Shown: in pieces, positions 30,484 through 42,998 of the stretch
Layout: each line of letters begins with the position of its first letter
Numbering within the stretch: position 1 is the stretch's first letter
Source: an uncultured Gammaproteobacteria bacterium
Lineage (GTDB): Bacteria > Pseudomonadota > Gammaproteobacteria > DRLM01
Assembly (NCBI GenBank): GCA_963729605.1
Contig: CAVSNY010000007.1
Span: forward strand, 416,001-480,000
Direction of reading: 5' to 3'
DNA length: 64,000 nucleotides
The notes under the pieces: model-generated
Databases searched by the model: none
Told to the model about the DNA's origin: nothing
Seen by the model: only the letters and a program-made list of their open reading frames with translations
Translations under genes and position numbers: made by a program

Positions 30484-31482
30484 ATGGGTGAGCGTTTCGA
30501 ACAATTGCAGGACTGGTTACGTAAGGACCTGGGCTTCGGCGAGTTTACCATCGCCCCGGCCTCCAGCGACGCCAGCTTCCGGCGTTATTTTCGGGTAATC
30601 CGCCGCGGCGAGAGTCACATCGTGATGGACGCCCCGCCCGACAAGGAAGATTGCGGGCCCTTCATCGCCGTCGCCGCCGCGCTGGCCGGGCTGGGTTTGA
30701 ACGTGCCGCGGGTCATCGAGGCCGAGCGCGCGCGCGGCTTTTTGCTGTTGACCGATTTGGGCTCCACGCCCTATCTGCCGGCGCTCAACGACGCCTCCGT
30801 GGAACGGCTCTACGGCGATGCCTTGTGCTCCCTGCGTCTCTTGCAGGCGGCGCCGCTGGCGGGGGCGGGTTTGCCCGATTATGATCGCGCCCTGCTGCTG
30901 CGCGAGATGGAATTATTTCCCGAGTGGTTTCTGCAACGCCATTTGGGTGTGAGCTTGGACGAGGCGTGGCGCGCCGCCTTGACGGAGGGATTTGCCTATC
31001 TGGCCGACGCGGCGCTCGCGCAGCCGCGGGTGTGGGTGCACCGCGATTATCATTCGCGCAATTTAATGGTCACCGAGCGACACAATCCCGGCGTGCTGGA
31101 TTTTCAGGACGCGGTGCTGGGGCCGTGTACCTATGACCTGGTGTCTTTGCTGCGCGATTGTTATATCCGCTGGCCGCGGGAACGGGTGACGGCCTGGGCG
31201 CGCGATTATCTCGCGCGGGCGCAGGCGGCGGGTCTGCTGCAAGGCGTGGCGCCCGCGGAGTTCATCCACTGGTTCGACTTGATGGGCGTGCAGCGCCATT
31301 GCAAGGCCATCGGGATTTTCTCGCGGCTTTATCACCGCGACGGCAAGCCGGGTTATTTGGCGGATATTCCGCGGACTTTGGGGTATGTGCTGGAGGTCAT
31401 GCCGGACCACGCGCCGTTGCGGCCGTTGCGGCGTTTATTGGAAGAACAGGTTTTGCCGCGGCTGAAGCCGGTCCCGGCGTGA
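30484..31482 (+). CDS. amgK: MurNAc/GlcNAc anomeric kinase AmgK (APH family)
   Basis: ASSDASFRRYFR, HRDYHSRNLM, LDFQDA. Divergent from lptD. Confidence 0.88.
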   Translation: MGERFEQLQDWLRKDLGFGEFTIAPASSDASFRRYFRVIRRGESHIVMDAPPDKEDCGPFIAVAAALAGLGLNVPRVIEAERARGFLLLTDLGSTPYLPALNDASVERLYGDALCSLRLLQAAPLAGAGLPDYDRALLLREMELFPEWFLQRHLGVSLDEAWRAALTEGFAYLADAALAQPRVWVHRDYHSRNLMVTERHNPGVLDFQDAVLGPCTYDLVSLLRDCYIRWPRERVTAWARDYLARAQAAGLLQGVAPAEFIHWFDLMGVQRHCKAIGIFSRLYHRDGKPGYLADIPRTLGYVLEVMPDHAPLRPLRRLLEEQVLPRLKPVPA

Positions 31483-31491
31483 GCGGGAATC

Positions 31492-31842
31492 TCAGCCCCC
31501 GCTGCGATAACGCATGCGAGTGCCGTGCATGAGGGACATGATGATTTCGTCCGCGGGGATCTCCGCGGGGAAATAGGCGCCGGCGATGCGCGCGCCGTGA
31601 ATGCTCGCTCCTTCCAGCTTGGCCTTGCTCAAATCCAGGCCGCGCAGATCCGCCTGGCGGAAATAACAGTGGGAGAGGTCCAGTCCGGCGGCATCGAGTT
31701 CGCGCAGATCGATGCCGCGGAAATCGCAGTGGGTGAGGTCGCAGCGTTGGCCGCGGGCCTTTTCCTCGTTGAAGACGGCGACCCGGCCTTCGCGCAACAG
31801 GCGATACAAGGGGTCGGACTTGATTTTGGGGGTGTCGCTCAT
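31492..31842 (-). CDS. Pentapeptide-repeat protein
   Basis: CDFRG-IDLRE-LDAAG-LDLSH-CYFRQ-ADLRG repeats. Confidence 0.88.
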   Translation of the reverse strand: MSDTPKIKSDPLYRLLREGRVAVFNEEKARGQRCDLTHCDFRGIDLRELDAAGLDLSHCYFRQADLRGLDLSKAKLEGASIHGARIAGAYFPAEIPADEIIMSLMHGTRMRYRSGG

Positions 31843-31875
31843 GGTTGTGCTACCTCGAGTTGGAGGGGACCGCGG

Positions 31876-33708
31876 TTAAAAGGCCCGGCCGCTTTTGTCG
31901 ACGGCGGCCAAACTCGCCGCTTCATCGGGCGGCTGCACGATTTGAAATTGGAATTGGGCGTAGGCGTTGGTGGCTTCCAGCAGTTTGGTTAAATGGGCGT
32001 GGAGCAGCTGATCGCCGGTGTTGATCAGCACGATCGAATCCACGTCGTACACCGCGGCCGGGGTGATCAGGGTGGTGGGATACTGGCTGGGGTCGAGTCG
32101 GGGAATGAGCAAGCTGCGGAAATATTCGCCGCCTTTGCCCACGCCGCGCACGCCGCGGGTGGCGACGGGCAAGGCATCGTCGGCCAGGATGCGGATGCCG
32201 AGTTCGAGGTCGTCTTGGAGATTGATTCGCAGCCAGCGGACCACGCCGATATTCCACTCGCTGGCCGGATTGTCGCCCTCGGTTTGAAAGCCCACCACTT
32301 CTCCGACATTCAGGCCTAAATTATGGCCTTTGCCGCATTCGACGGCGATGCCGCCGGCGCTCTCGTCCTGCAATAGACAGAGGCTGTGGTCGAAGGTAGG
32401 CGCGCTGTTCTGTTCGTATTCGTGCTGCAGTTGGGTGGAATACACCTTCACCCACACGTCGCGGCTGTTTTTGCCCTGCGGGCCGCTGAATTGCGAGGTG
32501 CGCGGTTGCATGATGCCGGTGGTCAGCCGCTTGGATTTGTCCTCGCTCAACCAAGGCGCCTCGTCGGCGGAGGTGAGGGACAGGCCGCTGCCGCGACTGC
32601 CGGCCCCGCCCTGGCGCAGTTCGATTTCATCGGCCTCGGGCGAGAATTGGGCGCCGACACCGCTGAAGTAATGGCAGGCGCTGATGCCGATGGTGATCTT
32701 CACCGGCAGGCTGCGGCGCTTGCGTTCCGAGAGGCGTTCCGAACGCACGCCCCAGGCCTCGGCCAGGCGTTTGTACATATTGCGCAGCTTGCGGCCCATG
32801 AGGGTGAGTTGGCCGGATTCGGTTTTGTTGCTGAAGGTGACTTCCTTGGCGCGCCGCTCCACCAGCGGAAGGATGTCGGAGATGTCCAGCCGGCGGCCGT
32901 CCAGCGGGGGCGGCATATCGAAAGCGGCGGGGGCGTAACGGGGCGGCGCGTCCCTTTCGAGATCCACGAAGAGTTGGCCTTGCGCCGAGCTGCCCAGCGC
33001 CAGCGGCTGAATGCGGCAGGCCTTGGCCCACTCGTCCAGCTCGTGATAGATCTGCAAGGTTTCGCCCTGCATGAGGTGATAAGGGTTGGCGAGGGCCAGC
33101 AGCAGCAACCGGCGGTAGGCGTGGTCGATGGATGCGCCGCTGCCGTCCGCGGCGGGATCGACGGCGACGCTGTGAAAGCCTTGCTGTTCCGCGTAGCGGT
33201 AGAGTTGGTGGACTTCCAGCCAGAGCTTTTTGGGTTCCGGGGCATAAACGGCATACGACTCCGCCAGCAACCGGGCGAGGTGGTCCACGCTGTGATAGGC
33301 GGCGGCGATCAGGGCATGCTGTACCGCTTCGCTGGTCGGCGCCGCCGCCAGTTCCAGGAACGCGATCTTATAGGCGAACGCCATTTCCTTCAGCAGGGCT
33401 GAAACCAGTTCGGCCACCCCGCGCGGTTTTTCCGCCAAGGGGATGGGGGTGTTGTGATATTGCTTGTTCAGGGTATCCAGCAGCTCGGCGATGATGGGCC
33501 GCACTTGCTCGAGCAGGGCATAACGGTGATTGAGCGGCAGTGTGGCGCGATTGACCTGATACAACGCGGCCAGTAATTCGTGACCGGTCTTGTTGGCGTT
33601 GCCCAGAGGGAGGGCCGCCAGCCAGGTTTTCAGCCGCGCGGGATTGGCAAAGGCGGTGGCCGTCGGATTATGGGCTTGTTGAGGAATTTCCAGCCTTAAG
33701 TTATCCAT
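31876..33708 (-). CDS. FimW-like putative c-di-GMP-binding protein
   Basis: WLAALPLGN, LW.EVHQLY, LLALANPYHL, R.SER, DESAGG, GVVRW (PilZ-like C-terminus). Confidence 0.6.
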   Translation of the reverse strand: MDNLRLEIPQQAHNPTATAFANPARLKTWLAALPLGNANKTGHELLAALYQVNRATLPLNHRYALLEQVRPIIAELLDTLNKQYHNTPIPLAEKPRGVAELVSALLKEMAFAYKIAFLELAAAPTSEAVQHALIAAAYHSVDHLARLLAESYAVYAPEPKKLWLEVHQLYRYAEQQGFHSVAVDPAADGSGASIDHAYRRLLLLALANPYHLMQGETLQIYHELDEWAKACRIQPLALGSSAQGQLFVDLERDAPPRYAPAAFDMPPPLDGRRLDISDILPLVERRAKEVTFSNKTESGQLTLMGRKLRNMYKRLAEAWGVRSERLSERKRRSLPVKITIGISACHYFSGVGAQFSPEADEIELRQGGAGSRGSGLSLTSADEAPWLSEDKSKRLTTGIMQPRTSQFSGPQGKNSRDVWVKVYSTQLQHEYEQNSAPTFDHSLCLLQDESAGGIAVECGKGHNLGLNVGEVVGFQTEGDNPASEWNIGVVRWLRINLQDDLELGIRILADDALPVATRGVRGVGKGGEYFRSLLIPRLDPSQYPTTLITPAAVYDVDSIVLINTGDQLLHAHLTKLLEATNAYAQFQFQIVQPPDEAASLAAVDKSGRAF

Positions 33709-33931
33709 ATTCGATTCGATGAGCACGGTTCCGGATTCGAGGAAGTGAGGTTTCCGCCACTTTAGTAGTATCGGACAGCTTTGTCAGTTATTAAGCGTTT
33801 GTCCAGTTGAGTCAAGGTGTTTTTGCCGGCAGAGGTCGGGTTTCGTGGGGTCAAAGATGATGTGTGGCATGGGGCGGATCGGATTGTCTCGCGTGGCGGC
33901 GCGGGAGCTGGTTTTTGACCGGAAATGATAA

Positions 33932-34005
<74 letters not shown>

Positions 34006-34065
34006 GGAAGGGTTGGAAGTATAACGCGCGGTGCGGGTCCCAGCCAGCACTCCAACCGGTATCGT

Positions 34066-34093
34066 AAAAAAAGAAGGGAGGCATGGCCTCCCT
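34066..34093 (-). terminator. Terminator after rpoD
   Basis: AGGGAGGC...GCCTCCCT stem with a T run on the minus strand. Confidence 0.8.
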
Positions 34094-34116
34094 CGATTTG
34101 GGCAATAATGATTTTC

Positions 34117-35958
<1,842 letters not shown>

Positions 35959-36039
35959 TTTGTAATGTAACCCAGGTAAGTTGTAAAAATTAGCCGGTCA
36001 TTCTACATGACTGGCAGGGCCGCTGCGAATCCTTTCCCT

Positions 36040-37803
36040 TTAGGGAGAGGCGCTGGGTGAAGGTTCCCCGAAGGCCAAAAACTCGCGCTTTTCCTCGCCG
36101 CTTAGCCCTTCCCGTTGGCACTTGTCGTGCAAATACGCCCAGCGTTGTTCCCGTAGTTGACTATCCAGCCACCGCACTATGCCCAAAAACTCCGCCTCGT
36201 AACCGTCGGCCGGAATGGCTAAGTCGTCCATCGCAAGTTCGGTAAGCATTTGTTCCCGTTTGGTATTACGCCAATGTTCCAGTATCGCGCTTCCTGTTAA
36301 ATGGGGGGCGGCCTGCAGGAGTTCAAGGATATTTATCCACAGACTTATCCCACGGGTGGTCAATTCGCGCCAGCGTTGAGGGTTGCCGGCATGCGACGCT
36401 AAGTGAGGGGCATGTAGCAGGAGGCTGATGCCCAGTCGTAACGGCGTCAGGCCGCTGCGGGGTGGGCGTGCCGGGCGGGGTGTTGTCGAATGGGCGGAAG
36501 CGGTGACGGGCGCAGCGTGACCCGCCAGCATCCGGCTGAGGGTGTTGATGTCGATGCGAGTCAGTTCGGCCAATTTGGCGATCATCATATGCCGTAATGC
36601 TCCGGCGCTTAATTTTGAGAGTATGGGCTTGGCCAATTCCACGAGGCGGGCCCGGCCTTCCATGCTGTTTATGTCGGTCTGTTTAAGGAGACCTTCATAA
36701 TAAAATATTGAAATTGGGACGGATTGCGCAATGCGTTGCTCGAATTGCTCACGGCCTTCGCGACGAACCAAGGAGTCGGGATCGTCGCCCTCGGGCAGAA
36801 AGATCACCCGGGCCTGACGCCCGTCGCGCAGATTGGGCAGGGTGTGTTCGACGGCGCGCCACGCCGCTTCACGGCCGGCCCGGTCGCCATCGAAGCAGAA
36901 GATCAGTTCCGGCGTGGCGCGGAATAGGCGTTCCACATGTTCAGGCGTAGTGGCGGTGCCGAGGGTGGCGACGGCGTAACGAATGCCGTTTTGGGCCAAG
37001 GCCACCACGTCCATATACCCTTCTACCACCAGCAGCCGTTCGATGCGGCGCAGGGCCTGCTGGGCCTCGTAAAGGCCGTAGAGTTCCTGGCCTTTGTGGA
37101 AGACCGGTGTTTCCGGGGAGTTGAGGTACTTGGGGGTGCCGTCTTTGTCCAGCACCCGGCCGCCAAAACCAATGACCCGGCCGCGGCGGTCGCGGATCGG
37201 GAACATGATGCGATTGCGGAAGCGGTCGTAATAACCGCCCTGATCTTTTTTGATGAGCAGGCCGGCCTCCAGCAAGCTTTGCTGGGCCTGGCCGGTTTTG
37301 CCGAGAGTTTGCAGCGCGGTATCCCAGCCCGGCGGCGCGTAGCCGATGGCGAACTCGGCGGCGATGGTGCCGGTGAGGCCGCGTTGTTTGAGGTAGTCCA
37401 CCGCGACCGGGTGCTCGCGCAGTTGGTCGCGGTAGAGGCGTGCGGCTTGCTCCAGGAGGTCATAAATCTCGGTGTTGGGCGCGGCGGGCGCCGCGTCCGG
37501 GCCGGATTGAGGGATTTCCAGTCCGACTTTGTGAGCCAGTTCGCGGACCGCTTCGATGAAGTCCAGGTGTTCATATTCCATCAAAAAGCTGATGGCCGTG
37601 CCGTGGGCCTGGCAGCCGAAGCAATGATAGAACTGCTTGGTGGGGCTGACGGTGAACGAGGGGGATTTCTCTTCGTGAAAGGGGCAGCGGGCGGTGTAGT
37701 CGCGGCCGGTTTTGCGCAAGGGCACCCGCGCATCGATCACCTCGACGATGTCGACGCGGCTGATTAATTCGTCAATGAACTGCTGAGGGATGCGGCCGGC
37801 CAT
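36040..37803 (-). CDS. dnaG: DNA primase
   Basis: CPFH.EKSPS...CFGC zinc finger, KYLNSPET, EGYMDV, FDGDRAG. Confidence 0.98.
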   Translation of the reverse strand: MAGRIPQQFIDELISRVDIVEVIDARVPLRKTGRDYTARCPFHEEKSPSFTVSPTKQFYHCFGCQAHGTAISFLMEYEHLDFIEAVRELAHKVGLEIPQSGPDAAPAAPNTEIYDLLEQAARLYRDQLREHPVAVDYLKQRGLTGTIAAEFAIGYAPPGWDTALQTLGKTGQAQQSLLEAGLLIKKDQGGYYDRFRNRIMFPIRDRRGRVIGFGGRVLDKDGTPKYLNSPETPVFHKGQELYGLYEAQQALRRIERLLVVEGYMDVVALAQNGIRYAVATLGTATTPEHVERLFRATPELIFCFDGDRAGREAAWRAVEHTLPNLRDGRQARVIFLPEGDDPDSLVRREGREQFEQRIAQSVPISIFYYEGLLKQTDINSMEGRARLVELAKPILSKLSAGALRHMMIAKLAELTRIDINTLSRMLAGHAAPVTASAHSTTPRPARPPRSGLTPLRLGISLLLHAPHLASHAGNPQRWRELTTRGISLWINILELLQAAPHLTGSAILEHWRNTKREQMLTELAMDDLAIPADGYEAEFLGIVRWLDSQLREQRWAYLHDKCQREGLSGEEKREFLAFGEPSPSASP

Positions 37804-37855
37804 GGGGAGGATTGTATGCCGATTCCCAACGGGACGTCAGCGGGGCCGGAATGAT

Positions 37856-38320
37856 TTATGCTGAAGCCAGGGCGTCTTTGACTTTGCGGCTGGCGAGGCC
37901 CATGTCGGCGCGACCTTGGAGTTGCGGTTTGAGCGCGGCCATGACTTTGCCGACGTCTTGCGGGCCGGCGGCGCCGCTGGCGGCGATGGCGGTGCGGATC
38001 AGGGCGTCCAGCTCCGCCTCGCCGAGGGCGGCGGGCAAATAAGCTTGGATGACCCGGATCTCGGCGGCTTCGATGTCCGCCAATTCCTGGCGGCCGGCGG
38101 CCTCGTATTGCGTGATGGAGTCGCGCCGCTGTTTGGTCATTTTATCCAACACGGCGATGATCTGCGCGTCGTCGAGGGTGATGCGTTCGTCGATCTCGCG
38201 TTGTTTGATCGCGGCCAACATGAGGCGCACCGTGCCGAGCCGCTCTTTGTCTTTGGCGCGCATGGCGGACTTCATGTCCTCTTCAAGGCGCTGGCGCAGT
38301 CCGGGTTGTGTGGCGCTCAT
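37856..38320 (-). CDS. GatB/YqeY domain protein
   Basis: MKSAMRAKDK..L, KQRRDSI, GRADMG. Lies between rpsU and dnaG. Confidence 0.92.
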   Translation of the reverse strand: MSATQPGLRQRLEEDMKSAMRAKDKERLGTVRLMLAAIKQREIDERITLDDAQIIAVLDKMTKQRRDSITQYEAAGRQELADIEAAEIRVIQAYLPAALGEAELDALIRTAIAASGAAGPQDVGKVMAALKPQLQGRADMGLASRKVKDALASA

Positions 38321-38351
38321 GTTGGTCGTTCCGGATCGGGGCTGCGGGAAA

Positions 38352-38567
38352 TCAGTAGAGGCGCACCCGGTTCACGCGATCGCGCTGGGATTTTTTGAGG
38401 TGGCGTTTCACCGCGGCGGCGGCTTTGCGTTTGCGGACGGAGGTGGGTTTTTCGTAGAACTCGCGGCGGCGGGTTTCGGTGAGGACCCCGGCCTTTTCGC
38501 AAGTGCGTTTGAAACGACGCAGGGCGACTTCAAACGGTTCGTTTTCGCGTAATTTTACAGCGGGCAT
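38352..38567 (-). CDS. rpsU: 30S ribosomal protein S21
   Basis: [27 protein letters not shown]...[10 protein letters not shown]. Confidence 0.97.
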   Translation of the reverse strand: MPAVKLRENEPFEVALRRFKRTCEKAGVLTETRRREFYEKPTSVRKRKAAAAVKRHLKKSQRDRVNRVRLY

Positions 38568-38620
38568 ATCGATGTGTTCCCTTGATCTCGGCGGTGCCGA
38601 ATAAGCCAAAGCGCGACAGT

Positions 38621-39412
38621 TTAGCCGGACGCGCCGTGCGCTTCAAGCCCCGCGGGGGGTTGGAGTGTGGTTGTCGCGCACACCGGGCAATGGGGGTCGG
38701 CTTTGAACCGGGTGCTGCGAAACTCCATGTCGCGGGCGTCCACCCGCAGCAGGCGGCCCCACAGCGAGTCGTTCAGCCCGAGGAGAATTTTGAGGGCTTC
38801 GGCGGCTTGGATGCTGCCGATGATGCCTACCAGCGGGGCGAAGACGCCGCTTTGGGCGCAATTTTCTTGGTTGTCGCCTTGGTCCGGGTAGAGGCAATGA
38901 TAACAAGGCGAAGGAGATTTGTCGGCTCTAAAAACAGTCACTTGTCCTTGAGTGCGGAGGGCGGAGCCGGAGACCAGCGGTTTGCGCGCGGCGATGCAGG
39001 CGGCATTGAGGGCGTAGCGGGTGGCGAAGTTGTCGCTGGCGTCGAGCACGACATCCGCTTGTCTTGCTTCGTTAACCAATTCCGCGGCCTCGAGTTTGCG
39101 GGGCAGGGCGATTAACTTTATTTCCGGGTTGAGTGCGGCGAGTGTGGCGCGGGCGGATTCGGTTTTAGGGCGGCCGATGTCGGGGGTGGTGTGGAGGAGT
39201 TGCCGCTGCAGATTGCTGAGTTCGACATGGTCATGATCACAAATGACCAGGGTGCCGACGCCGCTGGCCGCTAGATACATGCTTATCGGTGAACCCAGTC
39301 CGCCCAGACCCACTACCAATGCCCGTGATCGTAGCAAGGTCTCCTGACCCGCCGTATCGATCTCGGAGAGCAAAAGATGGCGGCTGTAGCGGCTGAGTTG
39401 GTCGTCGTTCAT
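38621..39412 (-). CDS. moeB: Molybdopterin-synthase adenylyltransferase MoeB (ThiF family)
   Basis: [31 protein letters not shown]. Confidence 0.88.
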   Translation of the reverse strand: MNDDQLSRYSRHLLLSEIDTAGQETLLRSRALVVGLGGLGSPISMYLAASGVGTLVICDHDHVELSNLQRQLLHTTPDIGRPKTESARATLAALNPEIKLIALPRKLEAAELVNEARQADVVLDASDNFATRYALNAACIAARKPLVSGSALRTQGQVTVFRADKSPSPCYHCLYPDQGDNQENCAQSGVFAPLVGIIGSIQAAEALKILLGLNDSLWGRLLRVDARDMEFRSTRFKADPHCPVCATTTLQPPAGLEAHGASG

Positions 39413-39421
39413 CTGACCGCG

Positions 39422-40372
39422 TTATTCGCCTGCTGAATAGGCGTAGACCTCCGCTTGCGGGGTGCGGCCGTCATCCGCCCAGCCGCCGATGAGATAAATG
39501 GTGTTGTCGAGGGTAGCGACCCCCATGGCGGCGCGCGGCATGGGCATGTCGGCGATGCGCTGCCAGGTGTTGCTGCGTGAATCGAAACGGGCGGCGCGGT
39601 TGTGGATGTTGTCGGTGCTATAGCCGCCGAATATATAAATAGTCTCGTTCAACGTGCATGCCCCGAGGCCTGCCGCCGGCCAGGGAAGAGTATAACGTTC
39701 GTCGTTGTGCCAGCGGTTTTGTTGAGGATCGTAGCGTTCCACCAAGGTGAAATTGTTGAATCCCTCCGGGGTAAAGGCCACGCCGCCCAGGGTGAGGATG
39801 GCGCCGTCCGCGACCACGGCCGCGAGGGCGAAACGGGGTTGAATGAGTGGCGCGATTTCTTCCCATTGGCCCGTAGCGAGGTTGAGCCGTTCGCAGAAGT
39901 CGAAGCCGGGGTCGGTTTTAGGCCCGGCCTTGGTGGCGTCCGGATGGTGGCCGCCGAGTACGTAGAGGGCGCCGTCGAGCTGGGCGACCGCCGGGTAATC
40001 GTGCGGCATTAATAAATCGGGTCCGGTTTCCCAAGTGTCACGTTCGGGGTAATAAATTTCCACCGTGGTGAGGAATTTGAATTGCCCGTTAGATTGTTTG
40101 AACCCCCCGCCCATTACATAAATGCGATCGCCCACCAGGGCGGTGACCGAGCCGGAACGGTAGGTGGGCATGTCCGCGCGCCGTTCCCACTGATTGGTCA
40201 CGGGGTCATAGGCATATACGGTATTTTTGCTAGCGAACTGGGGGCCGCCGCCGCCGAATACGTATATTTTACCGCCATAAGTTGCGGGAGGGGTGTGTGA
40301 GCGCGCGTCCGCAAGCGGGCTTTTAACCACCCAAGTATTGGGTTTTAATTTGGGTGTTTCGGTTATATTCAT
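39422..40372 (-). CDS. Kelch-repeat beta-propeller protein
   Basis: Six Kelch units (IYVFGG, IYVMGG, LYVLGG, ILTLGG, IYIFGG, IYLIGG with YDP...W). No signal peptide. Confidence 0.92.
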   Translation of the reverse strand: MNITETPKLKPNTWVVKSPLADARSHTPPATYGGKIYVFGGGGPQFASKNTVYAYDPVTNQWERRADMPTYRSGSVTALVGDRIYVMGGGFKQSNGQFKFLTTVEIYYPERDTWETGPDLLMPHDYPAVAQLDGALYVLGGHHPDATKAGPKTDPGFDFCERLNLATGQWEEIAPLIQPRFALAAVVADGAILTLGGVAFTPEGFNNFTLVERYDPQQNRWHNDERYTLPWPAAGLGACTLNETIYIFGGYSTDNIHNRAARFDSRSNTWQRIADMPMPRAAMGVATLDNTIYLIGGWADDGRTPQAEVYAYSAGE

Positions 40373-41036
40373 TGCGTTAATATTCTATTTAATGTAGCGG
40401 TTAAGTGTACGCCGTGCCTTGAGATGGCGCGAGTGTCTTTACTTATCGAGCGAATTTTGCCAGTATAAATCCCAGAGTCGGGACCGCAAAGACTTTAAAT
40501 CGATTTGATAACGATGATGACATAGGCGGGGGGAATTTCCGTCAATAGCGAGAGTGCTGGAATAATGGCCGCGGGGGAGCGGTTGTTATTTATCGCGTAA
40601 TGTTTGTCGGGTTACCATTGGGCGTGCTTAAGGTTGGGCTCTGCTCGCCGATAAGAAGCCTAGATAGGCGATTTTCCCGTATCTGGGAAATCTTCAATAA
40701 GGATATGTCAGGTTGATCGCAAGGATAAGCCGGGCATTAGTCATATTTGCCCGTATGCGTGATACTCGGTTTGCGGCGCGACTCTAGGAGTGTGGTCATT
40801 ATCCTGTATAAGGCGCGCCCATGATGATTAGATTGTTTTGGTCTTCCGTTGGAGTCATGGATTGGACTTAGATTAGGTGGTGTCTTGAGGTGTGTCGACC
40901 CGAGAGAATTTAGGTGGCTGGCTCGTGTCATAGGAATTGGAGAGCTGGTAGCCGGGCGGCGCTAACTTAGGCTGGGTTGTAGAGATTATTACGGTGTATC
41001 GACCCGAATATAAACGATAACATCAGAGGCAGGCCC

Positions 41037-42158
41037 ATGCTTTATAATGAATCGCTGTATCAAGAGCTTTCGTCGTCTGAGTCCAAGCCCGGCGTCGTAT
41101 CGAATTCTTCACCTGTTGCTCACGGCAACTTGAATCCCTCCCCGCTTCCTCCGCTACAAGATCAATTTGGCCGTACGTTTGATTACGTGCGCATCGCGGT
41201 TACCGAGAAATGTAATCTGCGCTGTACCTATTGCATGCCCGAGGAAGGGGTCGATTTCAAAAAAGGCGACCAGATTCTTCAAGCTGACGAAATTATCCGC
41301 ACCATTGGTGTCTTGGCGCGCATGGGGATTAAAAAAGTCCGCTTTACAGGCGGCGAACCCTTGGTGCGCAAAGACATTGTGAAGCTGGTGGAGGGGGCGG
41401 CAGGGACGCCCGGTATTAAAACGGTGCATTTGACGACCAACGGTATTCTGTTCAGTCGTTACGCCAAAGATCTGTTGGCCGCTGGTTTGACCGGCGTCAA
41501 CATCAGCCTGGATAGTTTGGATGGCGACAAGTTTCAGCGCATCACGCGTCGCACCGGCGTAGAAAAAGTATTGGATAGCATTCGGCTGGCTTTGGACCTT
41601 GGGTTTCCGCGGGTGAAAGTCAACGTGGTGCTGATGCGCGGTTTCAATGAAGACGAATTGCCGGCGTTCTGCGAACTCACAAAAGATCTGGCGGTGACCG
41701 TCCGCTTCATCGAATTTATGCCGTTTGATGCCCATCAGATTTGGGAGACCGGCGAGCACTTCGCCAGTGCCGAAAACATGGTCAATCAAATGAAGAGTCT
41801 GTATCCCGGCATCATGGATTCATCCGGTACCCGTACCGAGCATCACATTTTCCAGGCACCGGGATACGCCGGTAAGATGGCGGTGATTCCCGCCTTCACC
41901 CGCAGTCTTTGCGGCAACTGTTCGCGTATCCGCCTTACGGCCGACGGCAGGATTCGTAATTGCCTGTATTCGGACGACGAGTACGACTTGAAAACCCCGT
42001 TGCGTGCAGGTGGTAGCGATGATGATCTCGCCGCGGTGTTTCGCACCGCTTTTGCCGAGAAAGCGAAAGACGGCTTTGAGGCGAAGAAGCGTTCTGCGGT
42101 GAAGCGGGTTAATGTTGCCGACATTGGTCGCGTGAGTATGACGCAGATCGGCGGATAA
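41037..42158 (+). CDS. moaA: GTP 3',8-cyclase MoaA
   Basis: DQFGR, CNLRCTYC, RFTGGEP, RFIEFMP, CGNC.RIRLTADG...CL, C-terminal IGG. Confidence 0.95.
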   Translation: MLYNESLYQELSSSESKPGVVSNSSPVAHGNLNPSPLPPLQDQFGRTFDYVRIAVTEKCNLRCTYCMPEEGVDFKKGDQILQADEIIRTIGVLARMGIKKVRFTGGEPLVRKDIVKLVEGAAGTPGIKTVHLTTNGILFSRYAKDLLAAGLTGVNISLDSLDGDKFQRITRRTGVEKVLDSIRLALDLGFPRVKVNVVLMRGFNEDELPAFCELTKDLAVTVRFIEFMPFDAHQIWETGEHFASAENMVNQMKSLYPGIMDSSGTRTEHHIFQAPGYAGKMAVIPAFTRSLCGNCSRIRLTADGRIRNCLYSDDEYDLKTPLRAGGSDDDLAAVFRTAFAEKAKDGFEAKKRSAVKRVNVADIGRVSMTQIGG

Positions 42159-42258
42159 TATTTTTTGAATGATGCCCGGGCGTGTACGTTTCGGGGAGTA
42201 TGAAACACGTGGCGCATGCTGATCGGCCTGCGCCACATTGATGTGGGCGAAATGGATT

Positions 42259-42741
42259 ATGGACGGCAAACTAACGCATTTTAACGCCAGTGGTGACGCC
42301 CATATGGTGGATGTGGGTACGAAAAGCGTGACCCAGCGCGAGGCGGTGGCGGAAGGGCGTATTTTTATGGCGCCGAGCACCTTGGAGCTGATTCTGCAGG
42401 GCGGCCACAAAAAGGGGGATGTGCTGGGTATCGCGCGAGTGGCCGGTATCATGGGCGCGAAAAAGACCCCCGAGCTGATTCCTCTTTCGCATCCCATCAG
42501 CATCACCGCCGTCGATCTGGATTTGACCGCCGAGCCGGAACAAAACGCCGTGTATTGTAAAGCGGCGGTGCGTTGCGTGGGGCAGACCGGCGTCGAGATG
42601 GAGGCGCTGACCGCGGTGCAGGTCGCGCTTCTAACTATTTATGATATGTGTAAAGCGGTCGATCGCGGCATGGTGATGCAGGGCATCGGTTTATTATCCA
42701 AATCCGGTGGCAAGTCTGGCACCTGGCGCCGATCCGCTTAA
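42259..42741 (+). CDS. moaC: Cyclic pyranopterin monophosphate synthase MoaC
   Basis: LTHF...[39 protein letters not shown] variant. Confidence 0.95.
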   Translation: MDGKLTHFNASGDAHMVDVGTKSVTQREAVAEGRIFMAPSTLELILQGGHKKGDVLGIARVAGIMGAKKTPELIPLSHPISITAVDLDLTAEPEQNAVYCKAAVRCVGQTGVEMEALTAVQVALLTIYDMCKAVDRGMVMQGIGLLSKSGGKSGTWRRSA

Positions 42742-42759
42742 GCACGATAGGGGTATGGC

Positions 42760-42996
42760 ATGAATGTTACCGTGAGATATTTCGCGAATATGCGTGATCG
42801 CATGGGGCGGGCTGAAGATTCCGTGTCTGTGGATGACGAGACCATCACGGTAGAGGAGTTGTGGGGTCGTGTGTCGCCGCAGCAAACGTTGCCCGCCAAT
42901 GTGCTGATCGCCGTCAACATGGAATATACCGATGCGTCCCGCGCGCTTAAAAATGGCGACGAGGTTGCGTTTTTTCCGCCCGTGACGGGAGGCTGA
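42760..42996 (+). CDS. moaD: Molybdopterin synthase sulfur carrier MoaD
   Basis: V.YFA, AVN, GDEVAFFPPVTGG. Confidence 0.95.
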   Translation: MNVTVRYFANMRDRMGRAEDSVSVDDETITVEELWGRVSPQQTLPANVLIAVNMEYTDASRALKNGDEVAFFPPVTGG

Positions 42997-42998
42997 TC

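Noticed and set aside
40660-40700. Moco riboswitch upstream of moaA (CCCGTATCTGGGA resembles part of the motif)
   Set aside because: Only one hairpin resembles the motif. It lies about 340 bp from moaA and I could not build the other stems. An Rfam covariance search is needed.
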